From: the human T2T-CHM13v2.0 reference genome, Homo sapiens
Assembly (NCBI RefSeq): GCF_009914755.1
Contig: NC_060943.1
Strand: one strand, 5' to 3'
Length of the DNA stretch: 64,000 bases
Every line of letters starts with the position of its first letter. The stretch's first letter is position 1. Shown one piece after another: positions 59,018-64,000 of the stretch. The position numbers and the translations under genes were made by a program. Under the pieces are notes generated by a model. It was not told the DNA's origin and did no database searches. It saw only the letters and a list, made by a program, of their open reading frames with translations.

Positions 59018-60899
59018 GCTCACAGCCCTCTGGATACCTGCAGTTAAAGGAGGCAGCCTGTGTACAACTGAGCCCCCAGCCACTTACTCATTACTGTCTG
59101 TGTGACTCCTTGCCGAATACATGCACACTCTCTGGGGTGTCTTTGTAAGTGGAATTTAGGAACAAGAGAATTTGCTAAAATGGGAAATTTGAGATACCTT
59201 CCTATATTCTTTTGGTGTATAAAGTAGCACAGAAAAGGAAATATACATAAGAACTTCATCAAAGTTCTTTAGTGAATAAAGATGAGAATCTCATTATTAA
59301 ATTAATTAACATTATTACCAAGAACAGAATAAACAAGAATCCAGATGCTGGAAATGTTCCCTTTCCTTTTATTTAGAATAAAAATATTACATAGAAAAAG
59401 AATATTCTGTATATAAATACAATAGAACAAGTGACCTACAGTTTGACTTCTCCACAGCCTAGAGTACCCACAGAGTCATTTTTTTGAACACAATGTATCT
59501 TATGAATAAGCCTCTACACTTTTAAAATTGAGTTTTTCTCTTTTTGAAGTACAGCTTCAAGCAACTACAAGTTTCCATCCTGCTAACCCCAGGCAGCAGT
59601 TGCTTTTAACTTCTATCTTTTATTTAAAAAACTTAATTGGAAGTTTTTGTAGCCAGAAGGAGCACTTCAAAGAAAGAAAAAAAAATTACCAAAAATTAAT
59701 ACTTTATGTCAGAGGTTAGTAGGGAAAGAAACAAAGATTACAGAAAAAGAAGAGTTAATGGTATCTAACAAAGCAGTGAAAGAAGAAAAGAGGCAGAAAA
59801 CGAACTGAAGGAAGAAGTGAAAAGGGAAACTTGTAACATTAAAAACAGAAAATGTGGAGTAACATTTTCCTTACTCCAAACAGGATGAGACAACACAAGC
59901 GTTACAGCAGCATTTATAATTTCCTGCACAGCCAAAAAGCTCTGTGTACAAATCCTCCCGCCCCTGCTCAAGTCTTTTACTCCTGTCTACAATTACACAT
60001 CAAGGGACCACAGCACTTCCTGCACTTTAATTTCCAGACACTCCTGTCACTGTCAATTCTAAATCAACTCTGACAAAACAGTATTAAAACTTCAGGCATG
60101 ATTTAGTATTCTGCCTTTGAGGCGAGTGCAGAGGAAGAAGGCCCTGGATTGGGAGGGTCAAGAGATGAGGGTCTTTGTCCCAGCTCTGCCATCAGTTTAC
60201 GTGACACTTTAAGCAGGTCCCTTTCCCTCTCTAGAGTTCAGTGATGTCATTGTACAGGAAGAGGGTTGGAGATTCCTGGGGTTCCTTCCAGCTCTGATAA
60301 ACTGTGGCACTATGATCCTAGCGTATTAGTGATCTTAGTGAATCTCCCATAACACTCGCCAAAGATACTGCCAACAGGGAAATTAGATGACTATCCAAGA
60401 CTCGCTCCAGAAGTTCATAGAGTCAGAGTCAATAATAGATCCTACTATTTCAAATGGGAAAAATTTCCTATGCTTGGCTGATGACAATCAAATTGAAAAC
60501 AAGTCCCCAATATCAGAATAGCTATGAAATAAGACTAAAGACTTCACTGTTCTCAGACAGGCAAGACTTTTCTTACATAAAAAATCATAACATAGTGTTG
60601 ATAGATCAGAAGAATGATTATAGTTTACAGTAATCTATTGCATATTTATTTCAAAATAGCTAGACGAGAATAATTTCAATGTTTCTAGCGTAAAGAAAAG
60701 GCAAATATTTAAGGTGGTAGATATATCAATTGCACTGATTTGATCTGAGCTATGATTGCACCACTGCACTCCAGCCTGAGTGACAGAGCAAGACCTTGTC
60801 TCAAAAATAGATGGGTACATAAATAAATAATCACCTCTACGCCAAAAGTATGTATACATATTACATACCAATAAAAATAAAATATTAAAAAATCATAAC

Positions 60900-63165
<2,266 letters not shown>

Positions 63166-63167
63166 CA

Positions 63168-63470
63168 AGCCAGGCGCTATGGCTCACGCCTGTAATCCCA
63201 GCACTTTGGGAGACCGAGGAGGGCGGATCACCTGAGGCCAGGAGTTCAAGACCAGCCTGGGCAACATGGTGAAACCCCATCTCTACTAAAAATACAAAAG
63301 CTAGCTGGGCATGGTGGCGCATGCCTGTAGTCCCAGCTACTCAGGAGGCCAAGGCAGGAGAATCACTTGAACCTGGGGAGTTCAGGTTGCAGTGAGTCGA
63401 GATCGTGCCACTGCACTCCCGCCTGGGTGACAGAGTGAGACCCTGTCTCAAAAAAATAAATAAATAAGTA
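63168..63470 (+). mobile_element. Alu
   Basis: Dimeric Alu. Confidence 0.9.
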
Positions 63471-63926
63471 AAGTCTGGAAGAGAGAGATGTGATTACCTG
63501 GTAAAGAGTTTTCCACTTGACATTTCTCAGCATATAAATGGGTTATGGGTGAGTCAAGATGTGACAGCTGAAGGCTGCGAGAGCCTCTAGACTGGTCACC
63601 TCAAGCCCTGGGTGGCCTTACTGACCCCAGTGTGCCAAAACAAGTGGTCATTTTCTGCATGGGCCATGATATGAAAAAGTTTAGGAAGTATTAACATAAG
63701 GAACGGGAATATAGAGAAAAGGCTCAAATACAGAGGCCTGGGGTAGCTAGCACGTAGAGGCCAGGAAGATGAGGAATAACCAGCAAAGGAGACTAAGAAA
63801 GCATGAGCAGTGATGAAGGTGGTGAGCCATGACAGTGTGTTATCCCAAAGCCAAGGGTTTGCAAAGAGTTTGAAGAAAGGAGTGACTATGTCAAATGCTG
63901 TAGACGGGTCAAGAAAGAGAAGGTTT

Positions 63927-64000
63927 AGGCTAGGCATGGTGGCTCATGGCTGTAATCCCAGCACTTTGGGAGGCCAAGGCAGGCAGATGGCTTGAGCCCA
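63927..64000 (+). mobile_element. Alu 5' end (runs off the window)
   Basis: ggctaggcatggtggctcatggctgtaatcccagcactttgggagg. Confidence 0.85.

Overview
Repeat-dense hominoid (very probably human) genomic DNA; a full-length SVA retrotransposon restricts it to hominoids. It holds about 70 Alu copies or fragments, many MaLR/ERV solo LTRs, Tigger/MER/MADE DNA-transposon fossils, and old L1/L2 fragments, often deeply nested. There is no recognisable multi-exon coding gene, RNA gene or CRISPR array, and nearly all ORFs in the supplied track come from Alu, SVA or other repeats. The main non-repeat items are (i) a minus-strand processed RPS4X retrocopy with a perfect 17-bp TSD whose frame is still open for 273 codons, and (ii) a candidate 109-nt minus-strand exon carrying a strong-Kozak ATG (MDPSGREK). 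The exon suggests the window is mostly 5' intronic sequence of a minus-strand gene that I could not identify. The most unusual structure is a ~660-bp fold-back palindrome (13.47-14.13 kb) whose spacer contains an inverted snippet matching the neighbouring LTR; there are also other templated micro-insertions and local duplications. I found no convincing new biological system. Repeat names and subfamilies come from recalled consensus sequences, and boundaries are approximate unless a TSD is quoted.
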